Part shown: positions 38,338-52,500 of the stretch, one piece after another
How positions within the stretch are numbered: position 1 is the first letter of the stretch
How the letters are laid out: every line of letters starts with the position of its first letter
NCBI GenBank assembly: GCA_016748015.1
Contig: JAAOMT010000638.1
Span: 62,001-126,000 of the forward strand
Reading direction: 5' to 3'
DNA: 64,000 nucleotides
Origin: Geosiphon pyriformis uo1
Taxonomy: Eukaryota; Fungi; Glomeromycota
Translations under genes and position numbers: made by a program
The notes under the pieces: generated by a model
What the model was told of the DNA's origin: nothing
Seen by the model: the letters and a program-made list of their open reading frames with translations, nothing else
Database searches by the model: none

Positions 38338-40251
38338 ATGTTTTTTTCTTTTAAAATTTCTTGATAATTTTATGATTATAGCATGTTTTACATTTTATAG
38401 ATATGAAATTAAGTTTCAAAATTATTCTTGAAAAATGAAATATATATCAGTAAATGAATATATTTTTATAAAAAAAAATGGAGCCAAGTTTTAATGGTTC
38501 ACTCAGAGTTTTAAGCTTAAATCAATATAGAAACAGCGTGAAATGTATGCTTTTTAATTTTTTTCCTTTCATCATTCCAATAAAAGGTTTAAAAAAGTGA
38601 AATTATTCATGAGGATTAAAAATTTTATTCAAATTGTTATTAGGTTTCTTCAGATTTTTTGCTGAGCACTTTAATTCCAAAATGTCAGAATTCAAACTAT
38701 ATTACATCCATAATCATAGAAATTACACGGGAAGATTTTAGCACAACAGCTAAAAACTTTCAGATTGCAAAAAACTTATGCACTCGGGAACCCAAAGTAA
38801 ATAAAAATGGGGGGCAAATAGAGTTATTGGCAGTTATAAAATCAGCTTAGCAAAAATCATGTAGATGTGAGGCCCAAAATTTTCTGATAATATAAAATTT
38901 GATATTCGTAGTCTTTGAATCTTTTTTAATATAAGTCTGGTGAGTATTTTGTGTAAAATTAATTGAAGCTATAAACAGATTACAGCGAGCAAGGATGAAT
39001 CAACAAAATAAGTATGAGATGAATCTAGAACATTTTCATGTGATAGATAAGTAGCTACAATGTGGTACAAAAAATAATTGACTTGCAAATATAACTGTTA
39101 TATTTTATTAAGGCATCAAACTATATAAAAAAATTATACAAAGCTTAAAACCACATGATTTTAATAAAAAAAAAGATTAATACATATTTTTTCCCATTTT
39201 GTTTAATAAACATTTCTCAAATTGAATTAGATAATGTTAAAAATAAATGTATTGTCTTTGTTTATTTTACTTTATACGAATTGTTGACTTATGTTAAAAA
39301 AATTATTTATTAAGGAAGAGTTTATCAGTCACATTTATAGTTTGAGATGAATGGTAAAATTAATAAAGAAAAAATTAAATACGGGTTTCTTATATCAAAC
39401 TTAATCATGGAACATATATATATGTTTTGAATTGTTGCTCTACAATTGTCTTTTAAACACATGAGTTGTATTTCAACTGCGATTTAAACTTAAAAAAAAA
39501 ATAAAATCAAAGTTTTTTTTTCAAATTTGTTTTCAGCAAGAGACTAGAAAATTATCGAAAAAAAAGCTGGACAGTCCTTTTAAAAAAAACATTATAATCT
39601 TGATAAATTTTCTTTGTTCAATTATTTATATGATGCGGTGATCTATATGAAACTATTGTCAAATATGGCTATAAGCATAGTGCTTCGTTTTGATAATGTA
39701 TAAAAAAGAAACAGTCGATGTTTTGACCTTTGAAATTTGAGAAATTATCGGAGATGCTAAACACGTAGTATCACCAAGGCTTTAAAATTTCAACCAGGCT
39801 TTTGATTATTTATTAAAAATTTTTCTTATTTAATTGTTACAAAAAGTGAATTAAGAATACTCTGTAATTTTTTTTCCCGGAACTCTTTGACGGGAAATAG
39901 GTTTGGACGAGAATTCTAGGATAAAAAATATCTTATTGTAATTTTATTAATTTCATCATAAATAAAATTAGAAAGATGCTTAAACTAATAACTTTTAGCG
40001 TCTTAAAATTTAAGGAAACATTTTTACTAGTGTCAATTTAAAGTTTAAAGTAGAAAAAACTTTTTTTAATATTGTAACTTTAATGATAATATTTTATGTT
40101 TTCGAACCTTTTTTTTTTATGCATTAAAATGAACTTAATAAATATTTTGTCATTTTTATGAACATGAATTTAAATACAAGGGAAAATTTATATATTATAA
40201 TAATTTTTTATAACAATTTGAGATTTTAATTAAAAATGCTTTTTTTATGTA

Positions 40252-41556
40252 CAGTCGCCTCCGAAATTAACGCCTGATTTTGGTGTAACAAAGTACCCGA
40301 ACATACACATTTCGTTTACCCCCTTGTTATTACTTTTTGGGCTAAAATTTATTTCTTTACTTCTCCATTACCTACTCAAACATTACGCGAAAAAAAATCG
40401 GAATAAATATGCCTCGTACTCGCTCTTTATTAATGCTGAAGATAAAGGAAAAATTTTCGCATATCTCGAAGAAATGAATGCTGAGCAAGTCGCAAAAAAA
40501 ATGGAGCGTGATCCCACAACAATACGACGTTTCATTAACAAGTATCAAAAGACCGGGAAAATCGAAAATTTACCACGATTTGGACGCCCACCAGCTCTCA
40601 ATAACCAAACAAAAAGTGCTCTCTTACGAAAAGTTAAAAATGAACGACGTAAACCACTACAAGAGATTGTTGATGATTTGAAGCTTAATTGCAGTTTAAC
40701 AACAGCCCGTCGAGTACTTCATGGCATTCGAGGTTATATTGCAGCAAAAAAGCCTTTTATTTCAGAAAAACAAGCAAAAGCACGCATTCTTTGGTGCAAA
40801 AAATATCAAAATAAAGACCTTTATTTTTGGAGACTGGTAATTTTTTCAGATGAAACCAGTGTAGAAATCGGCAAACAATCTGGACAAGTTAAATTATGGC
40901 GTCATATAGGAGAAAGATATAATATTGAATGCTTGACCCCTAGCTTCAAAAGTTGTCGACAATCAATAATGGCTTGGGGATGCTTTGTTGGAGAACTTAG
41001 AGGTCCATTGACATTTTGTGATGAATACAAGGAAAAAACGGAAAAGATTACAGCAAAAACAATCTTAAGATTATAGAAACTAATCTTTTATCATTTCTTA
41101 CTGTTACTCATGATTTAGTAGCAAGAAATCTAATATTTCAACAAGACAATGCTCCTATTCATAATGCTAGAATTACGAAAAAATGGTTGAAAGACAAAAA
41201 TATTGAGATTATGGATTGGCCAGCCAGTTCTTCTGATCTAAACCCCATAGAAAATGTGTGGAAAATAATGAAGCACAATATTCAAAAACATGAAAACTTT
41301 CCAAGAACTATAGAGGAACTTAAAAGTGCTCTAAAGAAGGAATGGTCAAGTTTTAATATGTCAGTTTTGAAACGGGTTGTAGACTCAATGCCACAAAGAT
41401 TTGAAGCAGTATTGGAAGCAAATGGAGGGCCAACACACTATTAATTATATATATATAAAAAAAGTTATATGTATATAAGTTAGGTTTAAAATAAATCAAA
41501 TAAACATTTAAAATTGTATAAAAAATAAATTCGGGCGTTAATTTCGGAGGTGACTG
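40252..41556 (+). mobile_element. Full-length Tc1/mariner (DD34E) DNA transposon, decayed, 1305 bp
   Basis: TA TSD on both sides (40250-51, 41557-58). TIRs cagtcgcctccgaaattaacgcc / ggcgttaatttcggaggtgactg match at 22/23. Confidence 0.95.
40409..41444 (+). pseudogene. Tc1 DD34E transposase with two frameshifts
   Basis: MPRTRS (frameshift), HTH region with GRPP, AAKKPFIS, VIFSDE, (frameshift near 41060), FQQDNAPIH, then 34 residues to E in SSDLNPIENVW, ending NGGPTHY*. Confidence 0.92.
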
Positions 41557-42982
41557 TACAATAAAAAAGGAACTTTTGGCTTTGTGTCTGTAATAAGAAT
41601 TTATAATTTTTTCGAACGAAATTTTTGATACATTTTTTAATCATAGCATTTTAAAAATTGGTTTAATTTCTAATAAAAATTGTATTTTTTTCTGATAATG
41701 TTAGTACATTTATCAGTTATTATATCACTTTTTAATTGTTGTCTCGGTTCATTAATATTTATCCCTCCCTTTTTTTAAAACATGAATAACTGATCAAGTT
41801 CATTTATGATTGAAAATTTCAAAACGTGATCAAATCACAGATGACGAAATTACTATTTAGAAAGTAACCATTTATGGTAAAAAGAAAATTTCTAAATATT
41901 ACGACCAATCATATCTATCTATTTTTCCTTATTATAGGGCTTTCAGTTCTTTGATGAAGGAATACTCAAATTAGATAAGCAAGGAATTAATTTTTTTCAA
42001 GTCATTATATTACTTTGTGATGGATTGAGCTTTATACTGTGCTTCAAAGCTGTTAACTTTAAACCGATTTCATACTGCCATTATAGAAGAAAATGGTTTA
42101 CCCAAAAATGGCTTAACCAAAATATGATCTAAAAAAACATTAATTCAAAGGATTTCTAAAAATGTAACATAATTCTTATATGTAGATGTCTTTTAAATAT
42201 TTTTGACAGTAACCATTTTTCAGCCGACTAATTTTTCCAAAAAAAAATGATGCTTATATTTTAAAACTATTTTTACACGATTAATAATTTCATATACAAG
42301 TCTTGATTCACAAAACATACATAAATAATGTTGGAATAGAATCTCATTTAATGAAAATAAGAATTAAGATTTTCTGTCTTATCATTACATACTTTCAACT
42401 AAATTTTTATAATATTTTTCGTTGCGCTTGCTATAGTCTTTTACATAGAAAAGAAGTATCGAAATAATTTAATTAAATGAAACAGTATTTTTATTTAGAC
42501 AGAAATATAAACAAGTGCATTATCAGAATTGATCGAGCATTAGAGACAGTGCAGAATCTAACCTTTCTCACCATAAAATTTTTTAAAAAAAGGACTAGAG
42601 CGTGGCTAAAAAATTTTAGACTTGATGATCTATTAGCCCGAGAGTGGAATAGGTCTTTGTATCAGGCAATCTTTTTCACAAAAGTGTAAGCACAGAAACT
42701 ATCAAAGAGCTCACCAGAAGAAAATATCGAAGGACATTTTTTAAGGTTGATCACAATGAAGACCACAGGCTAATCGATTTGTGCCATAGGAGACCTAAAG
42801 GAAATAGCGAAAAGGAAATAGTCATTTTAAAACTAATTTTATTTCAAGATTAAGGGAAAATTTTATAAAAGGGGGGAAAAGATTCGTCTATTCAAAATCT
42901 CTTAATCCACACTCTAAAACATCAAAAGAAGTCTTTCCTATACATTTTTTTAAAATTTTAAAAAGCAAAAACATTCATTAAA

Positions 42983-43252
42983 ATGATTGATAAATGCTTT
43001 AACATCCAGATTTGCACAGTTAACTTTCTCTTGTCTGCTCTTTCAACGTCTAGTGCAGCTTCATTATATTCAAAGAGAACGGTTGTCAATCAGCCAAGTA
43101 GCCCAAATTATCAAGGTCTTACCAGCGAAACTCTTAACGACAATGGTGAGAATTTTTTGATAGATATAGTAACTTGCAAACTGGTACTTTCCCTAAGACT
43201 TGAAATTTCAATCTATTTAGTATCTGGTATCCGTCGGATTTGTCGTTCATAA
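42983..43252 (+). CDS. Candidate small secreted peptide precursor (64 aa if the 43146-43220 intron is spliced, 89 aa unspliced)
   Basis: Signal-like VNFLLSALSTSSAA followed by SLYSKR (Kex2-like). In-frame 75-nt gtgaga...tttag intron. TATA-like tataaaaggggg near 42864. Confidence 0.4.
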   Translation: MIDKCFNIQICTVNFLLSALSTSSAASLYSKRTVVNQPSSPNYQGLTSETLNDNGENFLIDIVTCKLVLSLRLEISIYLVSGIRRICRS

Positions 43253-46200
43253 ACAAATCAATTATAAATAACTTTCTCAACTTATTTTATATAAATATTG
43301 TATTAATTAAAATATATTTTTTTAAAATGATTACTTCAATGTGTAGTTTAACCACTATCTACATATATAAAACATATACATGTCTTTAAAATAAAAGTAG
43401 CTCATGTGCTTTTTACATGTAACCAGTCATTAAAATTTAAAAAATGGTTTTTTTTTAGTTTTTATTAAAATCTTTTTTTTAAAAATGAAAAAATAAATTT
43501 CATTTATAATTATTTTTTGTTTAATAAAATATGAATTGTTTACATTATATTTATATATAATGAATACTTATTTAATAAATGGTTATAATATTATTTAATA
43601 TTTTGTAATTAAAACAAAATATATAATATATATTATAATTTTTCAGTTTCAACTTTAGTCTTTATGTTACTTATAACCTGGCAGAAAAATTTGTTGATCC
43701 AACAAAGATGCATCTTATCAATTTATCATCCTATTGAAATTTTAAAATTTTAAAAGTTTTAATTGCCAATAGAAATTCTTGCTAAAACTTCAACTCTTTT
43801 GAAATACACCTATGATCGATCTCGCATCAACTTTTAAGTTTTTTAAGAATGCAGGGATGATAAACTCAAATTTATTATGTTTGATTTGTTCAAAAATGCA
43901 AGTTTTATGTTATACAACCGAGATTACTTGTTTTATATTGGCAGAAATGAATTTTTGTATAAGTGGTGTTTTTTATGTTTAATATTTTGTTTAAGGGCAA
44001 GTGGATTTCTATACTTGAAATAAATATCCTAAAGCGTATCGGAAACCATGGTGAGCGAAAAATTCCAAATTCATTGGTAGGTTTAATTGAAAGTTTTAAA
44101 TCTTTTCAAAAATTAAATAAAAATACATATATCTATTGATAAATGTTTTGTTTTATAAATTACAATTAAAAATTTTCTTACTCATTATCATCCCCTCGGT
44201 TTATTACTGCCGAGTCAAGTACATGTTTGATCCTAGCTGCTTACTTCCCATGATCATTTGAGAGCCTTTTCTTTTATAATTTCTGTGTCTCAACATGACA
44301 ACTATACTGATGCATTGTGATGTCCAAATATATATTGAACACTTATTTCTCATTTTTTTATAATAAAATAATTCCAATTATATTTGTAAAAATAATTAAA
44401 TACTCGATATGTGAATTTAATGTACAATCCTTACTGGCTTTTGATTTCCCCTGTACGCAGTAAAGATGGTACACAGTGCAGCTTTTTTGAACGCAAGTCC
44501 TTTTCCTCTATAAGTTCTGCTTTTATTCAAGGAATTTATAAGGGATTGTTCACTTGCAGTTGCTGAAAACCCAATCTTTCGATTCAAGGACTATTAATTT
44601 AAAGAATGAAAATAAACACTAGAATGGTTTGAATTTTGAAGTAAGTGCCGAATTTTTTATTATGCTAAAAAGTATATGAATAACGTTACTCAAAAAAATG
44701 TGAAATTTAATGATGAGTCATATTTAAACATAATTTTATACTCTCTAAGTGATACACAAACAAGATAGGTATTATGCAAAAAAAAAAATTTGACAGCTGA
44801 TTATCAAAGTTTCTTCGTTTTTATAATAGATGGAACAAAAATTTTGGTTCTAAAGACTAATTAAATCTATAATAATGGAAAAATTAACTATAATGATTCT
44901 TCGAATTACTAGTACCTCGAAAGCTTTATAATAATTAAAAATTTTATATCTCATTGCATAAAATTTTATTCAATCAGGAAAATCTTTTGGAGCCACAACC
45001 TTAAAAGGATTTATTGAAGCACAAGCTTTCAAGACAAATAAAATAAAGAGTTTGTCTATATCTATATATATATATACAATCCTTTCGAGAAATTATGCGA
45101 GAAAATGCGGATAACTCATGTATTTAATTTAGTTATGTGTCTCCATTTTTTTAATGTTAAATGTTTAGCATGTTTTTTAGAAGTTTTTAGCTGGAAACAC
45201 ATATTATTACAGGAAAATGTAATGTTTTTATAGCAAGAATAATTCTAAAGAATCCTTTTGCAGCGTGTTATGCATTTTCCCTGAAATTTTTAAGTAAGTT
45301 ATTGTTCATGGGTAATTAAGAGGCAATTCACAAAAAACAATTGGAGATATTGTCTTTTGGCTAATTTTCATTGAGCCTGAACCTTCATGTTGCATATAGA
45401 ATAAGGAGCTTACTGCATCCCAAAAGAATAGTCAAAATTTTGTTTCAAATAGTTTTGAATTTTCTGTTTTCTACAAAGTATTAAAATGGACTGAGATATT
45501 CTCGACTCAGGGCTTAAAAACCCGAAAAATTAGTTCCTTCCTAAACATATGAAAGAAGACCACTTTACTTTCTCGCCGCAAAACATTCCTTAAAAACATT
45601 GCTAACGTGGTGAATCTGGAAGGCTCCCTGTCATCTAAGAAAGCTTCTTTTAACAACCATCGTCTATCATATTGTTACAGATGACAGCTAATTCTCTAAA
45701 TTTTCATTATCCGCTCATGTATTTTAGCCAATCAGATGGTTTTATGAGTCGGCTGATATTTTCTATCCCAAACCCGATTTATCAAAAAAAAAACTTGTCT
45801 TTGAACTTTTTGACCAATTTGAAGATGCTTGATCGAACATTTTCTAGTAATTTAAGGTTAGATTTTTAAGTTTTATTGCATTATGAAAACCGCATGGTTT
45901 CGTCGTGAAACCTAATTATTGGCTTCAATAGAGTAAGTCTTTAAAGTCTGACTTAACTTCATGGTAAATGTTTATTTTTATAAAACTGGTTGAAAAAGCT
46001 TTTTCTCATAGGTGAAAATTAATGAAATCAAAATATTAAAGAGTCCTTTGAATGATAAAGACGTCCCAAGTTTGCATTTATTTCTCAATTAAACCTTCCC
46101 AATAGAGTAAGCGAGTTTTCTGAGTCTAGCAAAAATTCGTTTTTTAGCACAAACTTTACAATTTTTTCGTAATTTTAATACATTTACTCAGGCGCTCCCG

Positions 46201-49200
46201 ATTATATTCGATAATAACAGGTAGCCGCAGGGAGGAGGCAGTTACCCATTTTTCAAACACTTTTTCGCGCTTTTAAGTTTCGCTTTTCAATTTTTTTTTC
46301 ATGTCGTGTTTCCTTTCTTGCTTGATTTCTTCCCTCGACATTTCAAAGATTTTATTACTACATTGACAAACTCAGGTACTGATTTGAAGGGTAAAGTAAT
46401 TATTTTCTATTTTAGTATTTAACTTAGTTTTTCTCGTCTAATTATGCAAAGCAATGACCTAAGAAAACCAAAAATTTTAAAATCTTATTAATTTGGAAAT
46501 AAAGTGGGATCCCATTTAAAATTACTTTTAGTTTTTGATAGAAAAACTGGTTTCAAATGTATAAAAAATAAAAAAATGATTTATGTTAATGTTTTATTTT
46601 TATAATGAATGATTTTTATATTTTAATCAAATAAAACAATTATAAACATATTTAATATATAATTAAAAAATTTATGTTTTACTAGCAGTATTGTAATTGA
46701 AATTGAAATTAGAAAAAATCTAAAATAACAAGTTTTATGGTAAAAGTTAAAAATATTAATTTATGACAAAAAATTTATAAATATCTAAAAAATTAATAAT
46801 ACAATTAAGTTTAGAATTATATTTTATTTTATAGTTGGTTATTTGAGTCAATTTTTAACTATTTAATTTAATTTGGCTAATTTGTAATTTCGAAATGTCT
46901 TTTGTTTCATTCATTATATTATTACAAATTATAACAAAATCTTTGAGATAAGCAATATTAAATAATAATTAAATTAATTCAAATAAATAAAAAAAATAAG
47001 ATTTAATAAATTTCAATTTCAAAATTATGACAAATAATACATTTAATTGAAAATAAATAATAATCTGTTGAAAAATAATAATCAATAAACAATTAATATT
47101 ATATGTTTTAATTAATTTGTCTTATTTTTAAAACAAAATAAATATTAGAATTTAACTATTAATTCAAAAAAAAATTATTTATTTATTTAGTGTTTTTATT
47201 TTCAACAAAATTTAATTTAAATTCAAAATTTTTGTTAAGTGCTACCAAAAAAAACAATAAACTTAACAGTAATTTAAATATATAAGCCAAAATTTACAAA
47301 ACAGCTTATATTAATTTTGAACATAACAAATAATTTAAAGCTAATTAAATAAAAAAAACCAGTTTTACAAATTAAACCACATAATTTAAATTTCTATATT
47401 TATAATATTATTAATATTCTAAATATAATTATTTTTTAAAAATAACAATAAATATCTTTAATAATAATAATTAAATTTAGACAATTAAAAAATGAAAAAT
47501 TTTGATTTATATGATCAAAAAATTATTTTACTAGTTCTAAAAACTGTACAATCTGGAAAAAAAATTATTAATTTGGTTTTAAAAAATATTTTTCAATAGA
47601 ATTTTTTTTTAATTATAAAAAAATATTTTAATACTGTTTTTTTTAAAAAGAATTAACCAACAGTTTAAAATGAAAAAAATCAGAATTCTTAAAACCCATA
47701 ATAATATGTTGTTATAAACCAGTAAATTTTAATTTAACATTAATAAGCAAACCAAATACTTTAAAAGCGCTTTTAATATTAACAGAAAAAAACAATTTAT
47801 TATTTATTTTATCAACTTAAATTTTTTGGTTAAGTAATAATAAAAAATAAATTAGCAAAACCATATATTAAACATAATCTGCTTTGTTTTTAAAACCAAT
47901 AATAATTAACCAAAATTATTTGTATTAAATAATACAGCCAAATAATAATTTATATTTATAATAAAAGATAGACTATTGTTGTTATTATTTAAAATTAAAA
48001 AAGTTATTGTTTACAATATTATAAATATAAACTTTTTAAAACTTAAATGTAATAAAAAAAATATTTTTTATAAGTGTATATTCTAAACTAATTTTAATTC
48101 AATGTTTTTAATAAAACTGTTTATAAAATTAAAAAAACATCAATATATAGCAATTTAAGTTAATTATTAAAATTTTTATACTTAAAAATTAGTATTTATA
48201 ATATTTCAAATTTGTACTATATTATAACTATTTAAGACCATAAATCATGTAACTTGACCAAATATTTAGTATATAATTTTTATTATTTTAGAATTATATT
48301 TTTTAAACGTGTTTTATATTATTAATGTACTTTTTTTGTTAAATAGCTATTTTTGTATAAATATGTTCAATTTTTTTTTTTATTTATACTAATTTATTGT
48401 ATTTTATTTTACTTAATAATTTGGTATTAGTGTGTTGTATTTAAACTTAAAAATACATATTAATACTGTTTAAACTTATTTTAGATTTAAAAAAAATTTA
48501 AAACTTTTGTTAAATAATAGTTTATAAATTTTAACTTTTAAATTTGCAAACTTTACTACAAATTATCAAATTTTTATTTTAATATATACTAATTTAAAAT
48601 CTGTAATTAAAAACTTTTACTTAACAAATAGTTTGTATTTGTAAATTCTCTTATTATAATCATTATGTTTTAATATTATATAAATAATAAATAGCTTTAT
48701 TTAAACAAATTAGTTTATTTTGTTTATATTATTTTTTAATAAAACTAATTTAAATTTAATAATTAACAATAAAATATAAAATTAACAATAAAATATAAAA
48801 CTAATAATATTAAATAAACAAAATATTTGTCTAAAACTGTTTTTTTAAGTACTATATTATTAAAAATATATTATAAATAAATAAATTATATTTATTAAAA
48901 TATTTTAAAAAATATTTATTTATGTTATTTATAATATATTAATTTATATTATTAATATTTATAGTTAAAAATTTTAAAAACTTTTATTTTTTATTTTATT
49001 TAATATTTTATAAGTGTAATTTAATTACTATCTAGTATATATAAATAAACTAAATATTTATAATTAAATATAATTCATGCTTTTTTTATATGTAATTAAT
49101 TATTTAGGCCAATTAAAGCTATTATATATTTATTATAATACTAATACTATTATTTAAACCAAAAAAATACATATTTACTATATAAACTAAACCTAATTAC

Positions 49201-49549
49201 AAAAGTTTCATCAATATTAAACAAGTAAATTACATTATCTAAAAAATAATTGGTTAAATTATATAAGCTATATAAAACAAAAAAGTTACTATTAATTAGA
49301 AAAATTATTTTTAATTAAATTATTATTTTTTATTGTAGTTTTATAATTAAATTTAATTATAAACCAGTTAATTTAGCATTTTTGAATATTAATAAAGCTT
49401 TAGCATATAAAATATTAAAAACAACACTTTTATATATAATAGTATACAATGAATTATTTTATATTTTAGAATTAAATAAGTATATTATAGAAAACAACAA
49501 AAGTAATGCACTAAAAAAAACTCAATATTTTAATAAATCTGTCAAAAAT

Positions 49550-52500
49550 TTTAAATAAACACTAGTATTTAATCTATATATAAAAACATGATTTAAGAAT
49601 TCAATCTTATCACAATATAAACAGAAAACTCCAAAGAACTTTTTATTATACAAATGTTTTTAAAAAGCAATTAAAAACTATTTATAAATAATTTTTATTA
49701 AATATTTATACAAATTAATTATATGCTTATTAGTAAAATCTGAGCTTATACTAAAATTTAAATATTATACTACAAACATGTAATATTAATTTATTTTACT
49801 AATTATATTATTAAAAACTATATTAATACTAGAACTAACTTTTTACTTAGTACAATTAATTATGTTATATATATTTTAAACAAAATAACAAAAATTATCT
49901 AAAACAGTTATATCATTAACTTAAAAAAAACACTTATAAATCAAGACTAAAAAAAATAAAGTAAGTTAACAATTTTACAAATCAACTTATTAGCAATCTT
50001 ATTATTCAATATTTTTAAATAATCTTTGATCTTAATTTTACAACAAAAATTTTTTATTATAAATAGAATTATAAATATGTCTTTTTTTAATTTAACAACA
50101 ACTATAAATATCTAACAGAAACAAGTTAAGTTTTAAAACACAAGCATTAATAGTTGTTTAATTTTTTAAAAAAATATTAATTACACTATAAAAAAAGATG
50201 TATTTCAGAATTAATAAGATAATTTGCAATTTAGCAAATATTAATAACACCAAACCAAAAATTTAAATATCTATATCCAAATTCAAATTATTAAAATATG
50301 CAATAATTTTACTAGTTGTACTATGAGATTTCAGCTCTTTTAAAAAACCATCTGTAAAAACACTGATAATTAACACCTTTGTTTTTATTAGATATTTTCT
50401 AATTACAAACAGACTATAATAATCTATATTAATTTAATGACTAAGAACAGAATAAGATAACATATTTGTTTTACAAAAAATTATGTTTTAAAAAAATTAC
50501 TAATAATAACAAACCAATAAGACACTAAATCTTTGAATTAAGTTTTTGCAATAATAAAAAGTTTTTTAATTAAATATGCAACCATATTTGTTTAATAATT
50601 GTTTCTTAAAAATCACTTTAGGTCTTCTTAAAAAACTAATCATATTATAATGTAATTTTATATCTAAAATAATCGAAATAAGAGTATTATCTAAATCAAA
50701 AAATGTTAAGAAAAGAAAATTTTTTAATAAAATATTACAATCTAAAAAAATTTTAACTACAGAGGGTGTCCAAAAGTTTCCGAACAAGATTTTATTTAAC
50801 AATAATATTTATTTTTTTATAAAATAAAACAAAATAAACAACATATTTATAATTTTATAGTAAATTTCTAAATTTTTCCATTAAGTGTTACTAAACGTTT
50901 AAGTCGGCGATATTTTTGGTGAGTAAATAAACGTGGACGTCCTGAACGAGGTCTTGAATCAATTGAACAAGTTTCTTTAAATCGTTTTATTGTATCCGAA
51001 ACTGTTGTCAAGCTGCAATTGACTATGTTGGCAATATCACGATATTTCTTGCCATGCTGTTGTAATAAGCATATAGTATTACGTTGAGCAATCGTTAATT
51101 CTTTTTTTGCTCCCATTTCGTTTTAATAAAAACGACGAAAAAATCTTATATGCGCGTTACATTTCATTTTTATAAAAAAACGAGTGTGAATAAAATCGAT
51201 TATGCGCGTCGCGAAAAAACATTATACACGCGTGTTTAAAAAATAAAAAACGCGTAATTAAATAATTAACTAACTTAATTTAGTAATAAACTCGTGCTTT
51301 TCTAATTATTCAAGCATGTGGAATGTTACTCCAAAGTTTGTTTGGAAACTTTTGGACACCCTCTGTAGCTAAAAAATTATTAATTAAATTAACTTTTAAC
51401 TAGATAAAATAATACAAAAAGTTTTTTAAAGCCTAATTAAAAATTTGTAAATTTATAGATTTGTATTTAAAAAGCCAATTAACAATACAGAAATATTTAA
51501 AAAAAGATTAAAGATGTTATCTTATTCTTAATTTGTACTTATTTAAAAGACTTAAAACTATATAAAAAAGAATAATATAAAATTTTTATTAAAAAAATTT
51601 GTCTTATTTTTTAAGCTTTTATAAATTAATAAATCTAATTTTTAATATATACTTTTAAAAATAAAACTAAATTAAAATTTGTAACTAATTATAAATTAGA
51701 ATACAATAAAGATTAAATATAAAAATTGCTTATTAAAAATAGCTTTTTTTAAAACCATATTGACAAAAAACTTGATATTTACATAAATTTTAAACAGACT
51801 GGACTTGAAAAATCTATTAGTAAATAAAAAAATACTGAAATATTAATGTAATTTATTTTTCTTAGCAATCATAATAAAAGAAGTACTAATGAACAAAAAA
51901 GCAATAGCAATATGTTTATTGATTAAAATAGTTACAGTTTTGTTAATATTAAATGAAAAATTATTAATTCAAAAAAATTTACTAGTCAAATTAAAAATAT
52001 GTTACATTATAGCATAATTATTTAATTTAAATAATATATTTTACAAAAGCACTAACTGTTAAAAATAATATAAAATCAATTGACCATTAATTTAGTCTGT
52101 TTTAGATATATGTTTAAAATTAATATGATATTTAAAAAACTGTTTGTACTTTTTTATTTTAATATTCACAGTTTTATGATTAGTAGAAAAATATTTTGTA
52201 TATTTAAAACTCTATGTACTTTTATTATATTATTTAACAAAAGAGAAACCAAAATAAAATTAATAATTTTTTTAATATTATATGAATTTTTTTAAGTTAA
52301 AATCTTAGTAAACTAATTATAAAAGAGAGAATTAACCAAATTCAGATTCAAACTTTTCTTAAAACTAATATTATGCTTTGTACTATCTTTATTAAAATTA
52401 TTTCTAAAATTACAAATGTATTCTTATTAAATACTTTGGCAATAAATAAGTTGATAACAATTACTTGATTTATTTTTATTTTAATAGATATACTAGCATA

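Noticed and set aside
43680-44600. Moderately GC-rich, coding-like patches
   Set aside because: No consistent frame or motif; possible unassignable pseudogene.
46600-49500. Ty3/Gypsy RT-integrase relic (e.g. LAYKILKTT near 49400)
   Set aside because: The resemblance is too faint to support by eye; it needs a profile search on a de-mutated sequence.
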